From the NCBI GenBank assembly GCA_951406725.2, contig OX597815.1:134044001-134108000 (forward strand): a stretch of 64,000 nt of DNA. The letters run 5' to 3'. This DNA is from Octopus vulgaris (Eukaryota). Under the pieces are notes generated by a model. The model saw nothing but the letters and a program-made list of their open reading frames with translations. It made no database searches and had not been told where the DNA came from. Below, in pieces: positions 1 through 14,684 of the stretch. How positions within the stretch are numbered: the stretch's first letter is position 1; the number at the start of each line of letters is the position of its first letter. A program made the translations under genes and the position numbers.

Positions 1-751
1 GCCATATCTGCTCCAATGTTTAGTTTCTTTTACTTGTTTCAGTGATTGGGCTGTGGCCATGCTGGAGTACTGCTTTGAAGCATTTAAACTGAGCAAATCA
101 AACCCAGTACTTGCTACTTTTTTTTGAAGTCTGATACTTGCTCTATAGGTCTCTTTAGCTGAAATGTTAAGTTACTGGGACATGCAAGCTTCTTAATCAC
201 ACAGCCTTTCCTGAACCTATACTTAAATGCATTATTTGTGAGAAGACATGTTAGATTACAACTTGTATCAGTTTCACACATTCTGGGGTCATAACTAACT
301 GAATCACAAGAAGTTTACATTGGACTTGACATTGTAGATATAAAAAAAACACCCACTATCATCATTTAAGGTCAATTTTCCACATAGGCACGAGTTCACG
401 AGTTCAACAGGAACTGGTGACCCACAGGACTGCACCAAACTCCAATGTCTAATTTGGTATGGCTCCTACAACTGGATGCCCTTCATAATACCTACCACTT
501 TACAGCATATACTAGATACTTCTTATGTGGCACCAGCATTAGTGAGGTCACCAAATAACTTGTAAAACAATACCTTTCACCTGAGGAGGGAGCAGTATTC
601 AGAGAGGTGATTTCATGCCAGGTAATGAGAGGCTAAAGTTTGATTAATGGAGAGAAGCAGGTGCTTTCTAGATATGAATAGCACAGTTTTGTAACTAAAA
701 AGACAAAAATAAAATTAGGTTTATAACCAACAAAATAGAAAATGATCTTAC

Positions 752-823
752 CTGAACAACTCATCTGAAACCATTAGAGTTTCTATGGCTAAGAGATCTG
801 ATGCCTTTTCAACAGGCTTTATA
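752..823 (-). CDS. PELO: Pelota exon 10 (IKPVEKASDLLAIETLMVSDELFR); later exons lie outside the window
   Basis: 72 nt, TTCAG|/GTAAGA; matches the AI.TL..SDELFR motif of the eRF1_3 domain. Confidence 0.95.
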
Positions 824-2116
824 CTGAAAAAAGAAATAGATAAAAATAATGTTGCTGTATGTGATAGAGTTATTACAGCTACATGTCAAACAGTAGAAAT
901 AATAAATCATGAAATGCTACCAGGAAGACAGATGACATTGAGGAAATAACTATAGAAACATGACTATTACATTGATGATGTACAGAGGAGATGGATAAAA
1001 GATAGAAATATCTATATCTTATACACTTTATGTCAAGTTAGTATAAGAAATATAGTTAAGCAATACAGAGTATAAAAAAAAAAGAAACTAATTATAAACA
1101 TTAATGTAACGGTTTCAGTGTGGCCATGTGGTTAAAAAGCTCACTTTGCAACCACGTCATTTCAGGTTCAATTCCACTGTATGGCACCTTGAGTAAGTGT
1201 CTTCTACTATATGACCAAACAGACTCCAAAGAGGCTGTGGTAGGTCTACATCAACAGGTCTTATATTAATTAGTAAAATTGATAAAAGTGTTTACTGTAC
1301 TCTTTTTATCAATTTTATTAATTAATATTTCTTGCCAACACCAACCTCTTTGATCACACATTCTAGCCCTGGGCCAATCAATGCCTTGTGAGCAAATTTG
1401 ATTGGTGGAAACTGTGGAAGTTTGACACATTCACACACACATTTATATATATATATATTTTATCTTTTACTTGTTTCAGTCATTAGACTGCAACCAGGAT
1501 GAGGCACCACCTTGAAGAATTATTAGTCAAATGAATCAACTCCCAGTACTCTTTTTAAGCTTGGTACTTATCCCATGCCAATAATGCTAAGTTGTGGGGA
1601 CATAAACACACCAACATTGGTTGTCAAGCAACAGTAGGGGAGGACAAACACTGACACACAAATACATACATATATATATATATATATATATCTATGACAG
1701 GCTTCTTTCAGTTTCCATCTACCAAGTCCACTCACAAAGCTTTGGTTGGCCCGAGGCTATAGTAGACAAATTAGCGCGCCGGGCAAAATGCTTAGTGGTA
1801 TTTCGTCTGTCGTTACGTTCTGAGTTCAAATTCTGCCGAGGTCAACTTTGCCTTTCATCCTTTCGGGGTCGATAAATAAAGTACCAGTTTCGCACTGGGG
1901 GCGATATAATCGACTCAATCCCTTCGTCTGTCCTTGTTTGTCCCCTCTATGTTTAGCCCCTTCTGGGCAGTAAAGAAATATATAGTAGAAGACACTTGCC
2001 CAAGGTGCCATGCAGTGGGATTGAATCCAGAGCCATATGGTTGGGAAACAAGCTTCTTACCACCCTGCCACATCTATGTGTGCGTATATGTATGTGTGTG
2101 TGTGCGTGTGTGTGTA

Positions 2117-3250
2117 GGGGTTGGACAAAATAATGGAAACACCTTAAAATTTCAAACAAATTTATTTTAATATGGGGTAGGACCTCCTTTGGCAGTAATT
2201 ACAGCTTGAATTCTACAAGCTATGGACTTGTACAAAGTTTGACTTGTTTCCAAAGGAATTTTTGTCCATTCTTCAGCTAAAACAGTCTCCAGTTCTTGTA
2301 GTGATGATGGTGGAGGATATCAACCCCTTACTTGTTTTTCTAAAATGCACCATAAATGTTCAATAATATTGAGATCTGGGGACTGTGATGGACAGATAAG
2401 ATGTTCAACTTCACTAGAATGTTCCTCATGTCATTCAGTAACAAATTTAGCTGTGTGAATTGGTGCATTATCATCTTGAAAGATTGAGTTTCCATTCAGA
2501 AACAGTTCCGCAACCATAGGGTGAATTTGATCAGATAAAATGCTTAAATAGTCTTCACTATTAATTCTTCCATGAAGGGAAACCACTGGGCCAGCAGATT
2601 TCCAAGATATAGCCCCACCCCCCCCCATCATCATCACAGATCCTCCTCCATGTTTAACAGATGGAAGAAAGCAGTCTGGGTCAAATGCTTCTTTTGGCTG
2701 TCTCCAGTGGTCGGAAATAAGGTAAAGGATTACTCATCCGAGAAAATAACATTCTTCCACTGCTCTAGAGATCAATTCTGTAGGTTTTTACTCCACTCTA
2801 AACGCTTTGCAATGTTTGTTTTTGAAAGTTGTGGTTTTCAGATTGCAGACTTCTTGTGAAATCTGGCTTTGTGCAGCTCCTGGCAAACAGTTTTCATGGA
2901 AACTGGGTTCTCAAGGTGGTCATTCAGCTCTGCAGTAATTTTAGGAGCTGTACTTTTGTGATCCTTTCTAACAATTCGCATAAGAGTCCGACAGTCCCTA
3001 TCTGAAAGCTTTGGTCTTCTTCCAGAGTTTTGTTTCAACGAGGTTTTTCCCTTTTTCTCAAAGGCTGTCATTACTTTCGAGACAGTGCTTCTTGATATAC
3101 CAAACATTTCGGCTGTTTTCATTATGCTAGCGCCTGCCATACAAGCACCAACAATTTGATCTCTTTGAAAGTCTGATACCTTTTTCTGATGATATCCAAA
3201 AAGAAACAGCCATTTTAGCAAAAAATATTAAGCAACACTAACAATAAATC
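2117..3250 (-). mobile_element. Decayed Tc1-like transposon with DD36E spacing, missing its 5' end
   Basis: TA followed by TIR-like GGGGTTGGACAAAATAATGGAAACACC; ORF 2838..3221 gives the HTH domains; catalytic region QDDNAPIH...SPDLNIIE with stop codons. Confidence 0.9.
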
Positions 3251-4023
3251 AAAAATTTGACCCATAAAATTCTTCAAGGTTGTGCCCCAGTATGGCCGCG
3301 GTCCAATGACCAAAACCAGTAAAGAAAGGAGAGGAGAAATATGCTTAACAGTAATACTTGAATTACTTCGGGAAGTATGGGAGACAACTCTAACTATCAG
3401 ATCACACTAGAGCAAAGACTTCAGCACAGTTGCCCATGTAGAGGTAAAGAGAGCAATGAGTAACATTAGAGTAATACGAGAAGCTGTGGAAAATTAGCAT
3501 ATTTTATGTAATTTTCACTCTTTTTCTTTCACTAATCTAATTTCCAGGTCAATTTTGATTGAGTAGACGGATGATCAAGTGTTCCAATTGTGACCATGCC
3601 ATTTTTTAGGGGTAGGAGAGATTACCGGACAGGTTAATTAAAATTGTTCAGTGCTCTTAATTTAAGACAGCAGGATGTGATTAGAAAGAATTTTGTTGCT
3701 ATTGCTAGCAGACTGAGCGACTACATAGAAGCTCCCTCAGCTTGTCATTATGCTATAGTGTCCCCAGGATGAATGTTACTGAACTAGTTTCCTCATCTGT
3801 TTCTGCAGATAGGAATAAAGATCTTTACAACAGAGCAAATAGGGGCAGTAACTTTGATTCATCTGGAATGTTAAACGATGATAATAATGATAATATAAAC
3901 ATACATAATCGTTTTAATATCCACTTTCCCAGGCAGAATTTGTTGATGCAGATTTTCTATGGCCAGATGCTCTTCCTGTTGCCAACCTTTATCTGTTTCC
4001 ACATGTGCATGTGAGCATGCATA

Positions 4024-4083
<60 letters not shown>

Positions 4084-4949
4084 ATTGTATGAATGTTTAG
4101 CAAAAGATTACTATGGGTCACCAATGTAACAAAATACAGAAATTCAACATTTATTTATAACATGCACTAAATGTTGTAAAATTCAGGATTGAATGTCACA
4201 GTGAAGAAAGTCAAGCCCCAAGAAAGTTCAGAAGGCATAATTCATTCTTTCATACAAAAAGAAAATGTATTATTTTACAAATTTTAAAAGAATGCTGAAC
4301 AAAGTGTGTACAAAGGAATATGTTGCTGTTGTGAGTGCTAATTAATTTTAAACATTTGCTGAAGAAAGTATACAATAAGACATAAATTAATTTGACATCT
4401 CTTACTATATATTTTAACTGTGTAAGGTTATATGCTGTAGAATAAATACTGACTAACACAGCAAAAAAGTTGCATGGCGTTGAATACAAACACTGTTTAA
4501 GCTGCATAGCAGGAATATGATAAGGATGCTAGGACTGTTAAAGAAGCACTATCTTCAAACTGGTTTTAAGGACTGGAATAACATTTCTGTATTTATATTG
4601 AAAGAGCTGCTAAAGCCTTCTACATTGTCAAGTTTCCGAATATGTTATAATAACCAAAATAACATTTTTTTCAGATATATTTACAAGGGTTGTGAGTGCT
4701 GTCAAATCAACGAAATCTTCCATGTTGGTTATAAAACCAGAATAATGTTTCAGCACATAGTGATAATCATTAATGCTGTTTAAACCACAAGTCTTCATGA
4801 TGAAAGAGGAAAATCCAAACAGTGGTACTTGAAAGTAATCACAGTTGTTCATACAATGTCCAGGCCACAACTAACCAAGTACTTTCAAAATCAGCGCATT
4901 TCGCTATTGGGTGGAAATTGTTACTTGTATACGAATATATATATATATA

Positions 4950-5480
4950 TCATCATCGTTTAATGTCCGCTTTCCATGCTAGCATGGGTTGGACAGTTCA
5001 ACTGGGGTCTGGGAAGGCAGAAGGCTGCACCAGGCCCAGTCTGATCTGGCAGTGTTTCTACAGCTGGATGCCCTTCCTAATGCCAACCACTCCGTAAGTG
5101 TAGTGGGTGCTTTTCACGTGCCACCGGCACGGATACCAGACAAGGCTGGCAACGTCCACGATCGGATGGTGCTTTTTACGTGCCACCAGCACAGAGGCCA
5201 GTCAGGGCGGCGCTGGCTACGCCCACGTTCAGATGGTTCTCTTACGTGCCACCAGCACTGGTATCACAGCTACAAATTCCATTGATGTTGATCGATTACG
5301 ATTTTGATTTTCACTTGCCTCAACATGTCTTCACAAGTAAAGTTTTGTGTCCCAAGAAGGAAAGGAATGCATAAGTGGGCTGGCTACATTCCAGGTAGAG
5401 GTCACGGGTTATGGCCTCACTTGTCCTGCCGGGTCTTCTCACGCACAGCATACTTCCAAAGGTCTCGGTCTCTTAGTCCC
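4950..5480 (-). mobile_element. RTE-tail repeat (same family as 54577-55393; other copies near 21888-22132, 22388-22525, 48593-49015, 52491-52800, 55410-55541)
   Basis: (CAT)n-CGTTTAATGTCCG..CATGCTAGCATGGGTTGGAC end and GGATGCCCTTCCTAATGCCAACCAC core shared across copies. Confidence 0.85.
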
Positions 5481-5823
5481 TTCCCCTAAAAACTCTGCAA
5501 CAGATCAGTGTTTCATTCGGGGGAGAAACCAGGTAACCAGTGACTTTGAAACCCAGGGCCCAAGAAAAGAGTGAAAAAAAGTATTTCTTTATATACATAC
5601 AGGTTCAATTTTGACATGTACTTATTTCCTTTACCTAAAAAGATGACAGGCAAAGTCAGCTCTGGTGGAATATGAACTCAGAATGTTAAGAACTACAGCC
5701 AAGTGCACAAATCTGCCACTGCATCCCAACTCATTTACAATTATTACCAAGTCATAAAGTGTGTCTCATTTCTTTATGAGACACGCTTTATGAGTTTATG
5801 AGATTTTCCATGAAATTACTTAC

Positions 5824-5944
5824 CCATAAACAGCACGATCTGGATCGTTTACTAACATATTGTAAAAATCATCCAATGCTTTCACCTCTCCAAGAGCTTT
5901 GGTATCTGCCAACCGGTTTGCCATGGAAGGATCTTGCAGTACTT
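5824..5944 (-). CDS. PELO: Pelota exon 9 ([41 protein letters not shown])
   Basis: 121 nt, ACAG|/GTAAGT; conserved DTKA..EVKAL..F motif. Confidence 0.97.
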
Positions 5945-8130
5945 CTGTTACAAAAAAAAAATCCATTTACCCTGCTTTCATAGTTCTTGCTCCAATTGAC
6001 CATTTAGTCACTATAAGTAAGGAGGATAATTCCCCACTTATTATTCTACCATCAATAGTTATGTCCCTAGGCCAAGCAACAAATCTAACAACCACATAGT
6101 TTCACGTACAGTCCTAGGTTGAACAATGCCTTTCCAGTGAATTTGGTGGCAGAAACTCTCTATCTCCCACTCTCTGTGCATGTGCACACACTTGCATAAG
6201 TGTTAACATTTCACATTTATTTATTATAGTTTTCCCAAACCATAACATAAGAGTTAAAGACTGGCCGTAGGTGGGAACTTCTATATGCCAGTGAATTAAG
6301 ACCTTATAGCATACTTCATAGAAGACTTGTAGAAGAAATTCCAAACATAGAAACCAAACTTAAGGATCAAGAGGCCTGAGGTAAACTTGACAAAAACTAA
6401 AATTTTATTAAAGTAGGAGAGAAGACCGGATTCTGCTGCTAACAGGGAAATGACTGCTAGATATGCAGAACAGAAATAGGCAAGAACTCCATATGGTATA
6501 CCTAGTGTGAACATTAGGTACACAAGAAATGTACTAGGATCACAAGCAGGTTAAGAGTCAAAAAAAAAAGACTTGGTATGTGCCAGATGTACAGGAGTGG
6601 TTAACAGTCAGAGCATTAGTAGAATAAATTCTTTTAAATGCTCAGAAGTCTGCAAGAAGTAGTTGATAGAATCTGTTACCTAGGCAACCTAATCAGCTCC
6701 GAGTGTGCTTCAGAAGTACAGAAGTCAGACTAAAACAAGGTGGAAAAGGTTCAGGAAGCTATTACCCCTACTTATTAACAAGGAAATTCTTTCTTCAAGC
6801 AAAAAAGTAGACTGTATTTTTGCTACTGTACAAAATGTGATGCTGTGTGCTAACAAGACATGGGCAGAGGTTGTGTAATGCTATTGATCATGGACAATGT
6901 GATAGAGAAGGGCTGAGAGAAAAACTGAGTGTAAGAGGAATCAGAGGTAGAGTAGAAAGAAAACAACTGCATTGGTACAAACTTAGTTCATATGGATAAT
7001 GAAAGATAATGATAGGGAAATGCCAGGAGGTCCAAGTGGAAGGAAATTATTGAATAAGACAACCAAGGTAGACATGGGTAGAAGTGATAAAAGCTCGTCT
7101 ACTATGTTGAATTTCATAAGTTGCTAAAAGATTGCTACAAATGGTGAGGCACTATATTGGAGAGAACCTTTCCAATCCTTGCTAACATGAAAAAGCAGAT
7201 GTAAGAATAATTATTATACCATCCTCACTTCATGTCTGCTTCCTATTCTGGCATGGGTTGGAAAATTCAGCAGCATCCTATGAGTCAAAGGAATATGTCT
7301 TGCTCCACTGTCTCAGTTCCGGGATAGTTTCTAAGCTAGATGCCTTTCCAATGCCAATCACTTAACAGAGTAAACTGGGTGCTTTTTGTGTAGCACTACT
7401 GAGTTTGCCATGTTACTCACAAGACTTAAAAGCCCCACTTGCCTCTATGGGAGCATAAAGAGGAAAGCAGCTTTATGTTAGATGTATGATAGAAGAGACA
7501 AGAACAGGTCGTTTGAGGTAGAGGAGATACATAGCAACCCTGAATTACATTAGGGAGGAGGAATAATTGGAGTGAAGCTGAAAAGAGAGATAAAAATTGT
7601 GGTGAAAAAGTGTTGGAGCATATCTTCAAGGTAAAATAAGTTGAACAGAAGAGAATGTGAGAACAGAAAATCAGAAGGGATTGGGACAAGTCATCAGAGA
7701 AGAAATTTGATGTTCCCAAAAACAGTGACATACAGTGAAGCAAAATGGCTATAACTGGGATTTAAGACAAGAAATTCAGTTCACTGGAAGGCAACCAGTG
7801 ATTTACAGCATCTGTCTCTAATTCAAACCAATATCAAGATGACAATTTTTAGTATGAAGTCTTGTTAATAGTGACTTCCTACATAAAACTGCTACATCTA
7901 TTCAAACTATCCAAGCCATGCCAGTACGGAAGTCATCATCATCACCATTCAACATCCATTTTCCTTGCAGGCATGGGTTGGATGGTTTGACAGCAGCTTA
8001 CAAACCAGAAGACTGACATTGAGTGATGGATGATGAACTATCTAGTCATACATCATCTCCCAATTTTAGTATTTTAATTGATATATGTAGGAGGAGAAAA
8101 CTTGGAAGGAAAAAAAAGAAAAAGAGTTAC

Positions 8131-8251
8131 CTTTGAGAGAATGTTTAAAACCAGACGAAGAATGTGCCAAAACACATCGTGACTTATTCTCCAGGATATC
8201 CTTCCAGTCATTTTTCACAGCCTGATCCAACATGTAGGAGAAAAATTGATC
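8131..8251 (-). CDS. PELO: Pelota exon 8 (DQFFSYMLDQAVKNDWKDILENKSRCVLAHSSSGFKHSLK)
   Basis: 121 nt, GTAG|/GTAACT; HSSSG.KHSL motif. Confidence 0.96.
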
Positions 8252-9449
8252 CTACAATAACAAAAGTAACAAAATTTATTTGATCTTTTGTAATGCCTGT
8301 GCCCCTCTGTAGAGTGTGTGTGTAAAGGTGCATGGCTTAGTGGTTACGATATTCAGCTCATGATGGTAAGGTCATGCACTTGGTTACCAGCAGTTCATTG
8401 AGTCCTTAAGCAAAACACTTTATTTCATGTTGCTCCAGTCCACTCAGCTGGCAAAATGAGTTGTACATCTAATTAAAAGGGTCAGCATTGTAACACTGTC
8501 GTGCTGAATCTCCCTGAGAACTACATTAGGGGTACGTGTGTCTGTGGAGTGCTTAGCCACTTGTACATTAATTTCAAAAGCAGGAAGTTCTGTTGATTGA
8601 ATCAACTAGAACCCTCAACATCATACCCGACAGCATGCTAGAATATATGTGTATTATCTTTTACTTGTTTGAAGAATACAACCTTGAAAGGTTTAGCTCA
8701 ATAAATTCACCCCAGTGCTTCTATCAAGCACTTGTACAGGAATGTAAACAAACAACACCAGGTATCAAGCAGGAAGGGGGGGGGCAACGCAAACACAGAT
8801 CTTAATCATTTAATGTCCATTTTTCATGTTAGCACAGGCTTCTACACAATCCCTGTCTAACAATTTCACTCACAAGGCCCAGGGCAATAGTAGCAGACAC
8901 TTGCTTAAAGGGCCACACAATGAGACTGAACCCAAACCAGACAAAGCCCATCAAATGTGTGTGTGTGTGTCCCTATATGTTTACATTCTGTGATTGCATG
9001 AGCTATGGTCAGTGTCCTACACTGGCATTTCTTCATCAACAAACGGTCCAGTAGCTCCATGCCTTCAAAGACGAGCAGAATGAAAAACTGGTAAAAGTTA
9101 GCAGCTGAAAGGGCATCTGGTCATAAAACAAAGCTTCAATAATATGCATTTGTTTAACCCGGGCAAGCATGGAAAAACAGATGTAAAAACACATAAGCAA
9201 TCATCATCATCATCATTTAATGTGCACCTTCAATGCTGGTCAGGTAGGAGGTGCACCAGACTTCTGTGCCTGTTTTGGTACAGTTTTTACAGCTGGATGC
9301 CCTTCCTAACACCAATCACCCAACAGAGTGGACAATATCAAATATTTAACTTTGTCTGTATAAAATTGGCTTGAAAGTGCTGTGGTTACTTTATGTTGAA
9401 ACAATTTGTTAATTGGAATAGTAAAGAAAGGAACTGAGTGAGCCCTTAC

Positions 9450-9490
9450 CTTCACAAAGCCAGGACTTGCAATTAGCAAACACTTCACAA
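9450..9490 (-). CDS. PELO: Pelota exon 7 (IVKCLLIASPGFVK)
   Basis: 41 nt, TCAG|/GTAAGG; conserved SPGF motif. Confidence 0.96.
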
Positions 9491-11580
9491 CTGAGGGATA
9501 AAGTGAAAAGAGAGAGAAAGTTATTAAACATTTACTGATTGCTATTAAAGTCATGTACCACATCACAAAAATTATTAAATAATTAACTATAATATACTTG
9601 ATTAAAATACAAATTTTCCACAACTATTAATTAACCTAGTCAATCTCAGTGGCATATGAACTCAGAAAAACTGGAAGGAACACTACTAAGCATTTTGCCT
9701 AACATGGTAACAATTCTGCCAGTTCACCACTAATAATAATAATAATAATAACGGTCTCTAATTTAAGCACAAGGCCAGAAATTTGGGGAAGGGGCTTACT
9801 TCATGCCACTGATTTCAGTACTCGACAGGTTCTTTATTTCATCAACTTCAAAAGGATGAAAGGCAAAGTTGATCTCAGCAACATGAACAATTGCCACAAA
9901 GCGTTTTTCTGATGCTTTAATGATTCTACCAACAGACCACCTAATTAAGTAAAGTAATAAGTTTGAAAACTATTATCATCATCATCAGCAGCATTTAACA
10001 TCCGTTTTGCATGTCAGCATGCGTTGGATGGTTTGACAGGATCTAGTGAGCTGCAACAATCTCTAGCTTTGGCATGGTTCTTACTGCTAGATGCCCTCAC
10101 TAATGCTAATCACTTTACAGTTTGTACTAGATGCTTTTTCCATGCCATTGGCATTAGTGAGATCACCAAGTACCTCACAAAACAGAACTATCAGATTATA
10201 ATGAAAAACTAGCTAAAAACTTAAACTCTTGGTTCACTTAGAGTAAATTACAGCATTTTCAGCATGTGTTCTTAAACATACAAGCAAGAATATCTGTCTT
10301 GTTTTGTAGCTTTGGACCATTTTTCAATATGTATCAGCTCAAACTTTTGCAACCCTCAACTAGAATCACTCATTCTATTAACTTTAGTTATAAAACCAGA
10401 CAATGAGGGATAATCCAAAGGTTTTTGATAGAGATACACATCAACAAAGAGATCATCATCATCAACATTTAATGTCCGTTTTCCATACTGGCATGAGTTG
10501 GACGGCTTGACAGGAACTGGCAAGGCCAGGTGCTGCACCAGGTTCCATTGTTTGTTTTGGCTTGGTTTAACACCAACCACTTTACAGATTGTACTGGGTC
10601 CTTTTTACATAGCACCAGCACGCACATCAATTTTTTTGCATGGTACCTTGGTTTTAAGATCTCGATTTTGTTGTGGTGGGCGGATCTTCTCTAGTACCAC
10701 TCAACTATTGGTTGCAGGTTGACAGCAGCTAGAATCTCTTTCTTTCATCCCTACAACAATTGGATTCATTCACTAGCTAATGAAACTGCCATACCAGCTA
10801 TCCTGTTACTGCTGTGCACTAACAAGCATGCTTCACTTATAATTCAAACATTCTTACAAGCATAATGTCAAACATGATGATGATGCTCATATATTCTGAA
10901 GAAATCTTTACCAAAAGACATTTAATTTTTTCTCTCTATGGAAAGTAGAGATTTGGAAAATATATTTTGTAGCATTTGAAAAGAATTAAATATCTTTATT
11001 TAACAGAAGAATCAACTCTGCATTGAGAGGTCACAATTCCAGCAATACAGACATGCGATTCGCATGTTGCAGGAAAGGATTATAAGATGGCGTCTTCAAG
11101 CTAAGCCAACCAGCAGGAGACTAGGATTAGACCAAGAAGATGGATGGATGGATAATATACAGTCTCAGCTGGTCAGACTTGAGAATCTAGCAAGAGCATG
11201 TAATGACAGTTGCTTGACTCTACTCTCCACAGCCCTCCCAGTAATAGTGGGCAGAGAAAATGGATGGAAGGATATACTTCACTTCTATCAATCTCTTCAC
11301 AACAATCAACAACTAGTTTCCACTGCCAAAAGACTATGAAACCTTTCTTCCTATGGAAACAGCAAGTCTACAATCTAAATGTTATGAGACAAATAAGAAA
11401 AATATACAAATTAAAATTAATATATCACAATAGTCATAAGCTCTGGTTTTAGAACAGACATGTATTGCCCACCACCACTACCATCCTCAGCAAGGAACCT
11501 AACAAAATAGCCAAATGATTGACATAGATGACAACCAAATAAATTTGTCTTTATGAAACTAAAATACACAAAATACTTAC

Positions 11581-11641
11581 TTTCAAAGTTGACATGTCTT
11601 CTAACAGCCTGGATCATTTGGTCATAAAATTTCATAAGACC
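11581..11641 (-). CDS. PELO: Pelota exon 6 (GLMKFYDQMIQAVRRHVNFE)
   Basis: 61 nt, TTAG|/GTAAGT, phase consistent. Confidence 0.95.
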
Positions 11642-13347
11642 CTAATGAAAACAAAAATAACAATACAAAAGTTTTGAAACAAATTATCAGAGATCAGGAA
11701 GTCTCTCTAGGTTGAGTAGCTACTTCTTTACATTGAATGGTTACAGCTCAAGTACTATGGGCATGTAATTAGAATGTCTCAAGAATCACAAGACAGATTC
11801 TTCAAGCCAAGCCAACCCACAGGAAATCAATGGGTAGACCAAGAATGAGGTGAGACTTTGGATAATATCCATAGTCTCAGTTGGTCATGTTTGGGAATCC
11901 AGCCAGAAATGCTAATGATGGTTTCTTCTGATAGAACCCTATGGAGGAGGTGCTTCAGAACTCAACCCTACCAGAAATAGTAGGCAAAGATGATTGGATA
12001 GACAGAAAATCTTGAAATGAATTATCAAATGTTAATTATTCAAAGATGTGCCACATATGATTAAAAATTAATCAGTGAAGAAAAAATGCATCCTGTACAC
12101 ATCGTAAAGTGATTGGTATTAGAAAGGCTAGCTAGTTATAGAAACCGTACCAAAACTGAAACACTGGAACAAGATGTAATCCTCCAACCAAGCAGATTCT
12201 GTCAAGCCATCCAACTCTTGCCAGTATGGGAAAACAGACTTAAAACGATGAGTGGAATACTTGTTAACGGCTTCAAGTTAATCTCAAGTATGTTTGAAAC
12301 TGTGAGTGAATGCTTCTAAAAATTCTAAAGCAGTCAGATTTCCCAGCATTAAACCCTTGAAAGATAGGCATGTATAAGCACAGACGTGACTGTGTGGTTA
12401 AAGAAACTTGCTTCCTAACCACCTAGTCTCAGGTTCAATCTCACTGTGTGACACCTTAAGTATCTTCTACTATAACTTGAGGCTAGTCAAAGCCTTGAGG
12501 ATGTATTTGATAGACAGAATCTAGAAGAAGCCTATTGTACACATATACACACACATGCATGTTTGTATCTTGTCTTAACATCATGTGGTTAACAAGCATC
12601 AGTGTCATATAAGTGATATTCATTTCTACCTTCTATGAAAAACATGTCTGGCCATGGGAAAATATTACCTTGCTAGGAAACAGGTGAGGATGGGCAACAG
12701 GAAGAGTATCTGGTTATACTGGATATTAAATGATGATGACACAAAGTCTCAAATTTGGAGAAGAGTATAGTCCATTCAATCAAACCCACGAAGGGCCATA
12801 TCTAAATACTGCAAGGCATTTTGTCTTAAGCTCTAAGTAATCTGTCAATCCACTGCTCATAGCTCACTCTAATACTGAGGTAATTTCACACCATTATATT
12901 GTGTCCACACCAATCATGAGCCAATCAAGTGGCCTGTATACAATCACTCAACCTCCTAAAATAGCAGCCAAATGTCACTCAAATCATATCTAAAAGGACA
13001 CATTAGATAATGTAGTTCAAGAATATACTCATCATTATTATTTTTTACTTGCTCTTTCATACTCTCCTGAACTGGACAAGGTCCCACAGCATCTTGGTCC
13101 TTTATCATTAAACAGGATGTCATGATTTGATGCCCTTCCTATCACCAATTATTTCCCAGTGTGGAACATGCACATTTTATTGTACCACCAACACTGGAGA
13201 TTATGTCTACAGCAGGAGTAATGCATCCTTTCTATCCTGTATCAGCAATTTTATACAGAGTTACTGTTCTCTCAGGATATCTACCATGGACTTGTGGAGG
13301 TCACATCTTTATCTATCCCTTTTTCCCCAATTATATTGAATGCTAAC

Positions 13348-13511
13348 CTTGTCATGTTGGGCACACATTCCTTTCCTCTTTCGTGGAATGTTTGTTTCGA
13401 TCTTGGCCTTTACTAAAGTCATACTGGATGTTACAAGGCAGAGATGACCAAGACCTTCTTGCATCACAATGGCAGCTAAATCAGCATTTTGAGCTGGATC
13501 ACAAGCTGTGT
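13348..13511 (-). CDS. PELO: Pelota exon 5 (DTACDPAQNADLAAIVMQEGLGHLCLVTSSMTLVKAKIETNIPRKRKGMCAQHDK)
   Basis: 164 nt, ACAG|/GTTAGC; contains the conserved IPRKRK basic motif. Confidence 0.97.
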
Positions 13512-13859
13512 CTGTAAAATATATTAGAGAAATATATTAGAGAAGTATTTAAATATGAAATCTAGTAAACATAGTTAAAAGCATTATATTAAGTTTATTT
13601 TTTTTTGTTACAGGTTTCAGTCACTGGACTGCAGCCATGCCAGGACACTGTCTAGAAGGATTTAGTGAAACAAATCAATCCAAGTAATTACATTTATTAA
13701 AGTCTGGTACTTATTCTATTAATCTCGTTTACTGAACTACTAAATTATGGAGGACTTACAAGAAACCAACACCAGTTGTCAAGTGGTGGTGGAGAAGCAA
13801 GCACACACACACACACACAACAGGCTTCCATAGTTTCTGTCTACCAAATTTTGTGTGTA

Positions 13860-14684
13860 CAGAGTGTCCAGGCTAAATTTTACAGTTGGCACAAAAAGTG
13901 ACAAAAACAATATCCCATCCAAAAATAAAAGTATTTAAAAAAAAATCAAAATATATCAACTAGACTAAGGCTGGGAGATAGCAGTTTACTCAAGGTAGCT
14001 GCCCTCAGATCCACCAGTATCAAGACAGCTCCAGAACCTGGTGTTCCTCACTGTGTCCCTACGAAGATCTTAGAACACCTCCTCAATCTTTACTTCAATC
14101 TCAGCCTTGGTGTTGCAGGCAGAACAGTTGGTGTTTTTCATTCATGCTTAACTCATTGTAATCCACTGGATTTTAGTCAGGAGAATTAAGAGGCCAGAAA
14201 TTGGGGCTGGTGAAGTTGTAGAAATTCTCCAACAACTACTTCCGACTCTTTCCAGATGTATGGCAAGAAGCCAAATCCTGTTGTCAAATGGTTGTGCGAA
14301 TTGGACCCTGTAGTTGCTGAATGAACTCTGACATGTGAATGCAGTCAGAATACCTGCTGTGTCCCATCCTACTGGCTATAGTTTCAACAGACGACATGAA
14401 TAGCTCTGTTGCAGCTGTCCATGTCATGTCTTATAGTCTTTACAGTGTTCACAGCTTTGAAGAGCAGTCATGGAGTCGGTATTTTGATACCTGGTGTAAA
14501 TCATCGTGATACAACTCTTTTCCAATATTCAGATGGCTTCCAGCCCTCCATGCCAGCTAACTTTTTCTAAACTACAACTTAAATCTTTCTGCTCTCCAAT
14601 ACTGTTGATTGTCTACCAATACATCAAGCTGTTCTTGAAAAAGGAGACATAAAAAAAGTAGTCAAATTTAGCTTGAACAACCTG
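13860..14684 (-). mobile_element. Internally deleted DD37D (maT-like) mariner-type transposon
   Basis: TIRs CAGAGTGTCCAGGCTAAATTT / AAATTTAGCTTGAACAACCTG with TA on both sides; remnant QQD..37 codons..D with WP.NSPD.NP.DY. Confidence 0.85.
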
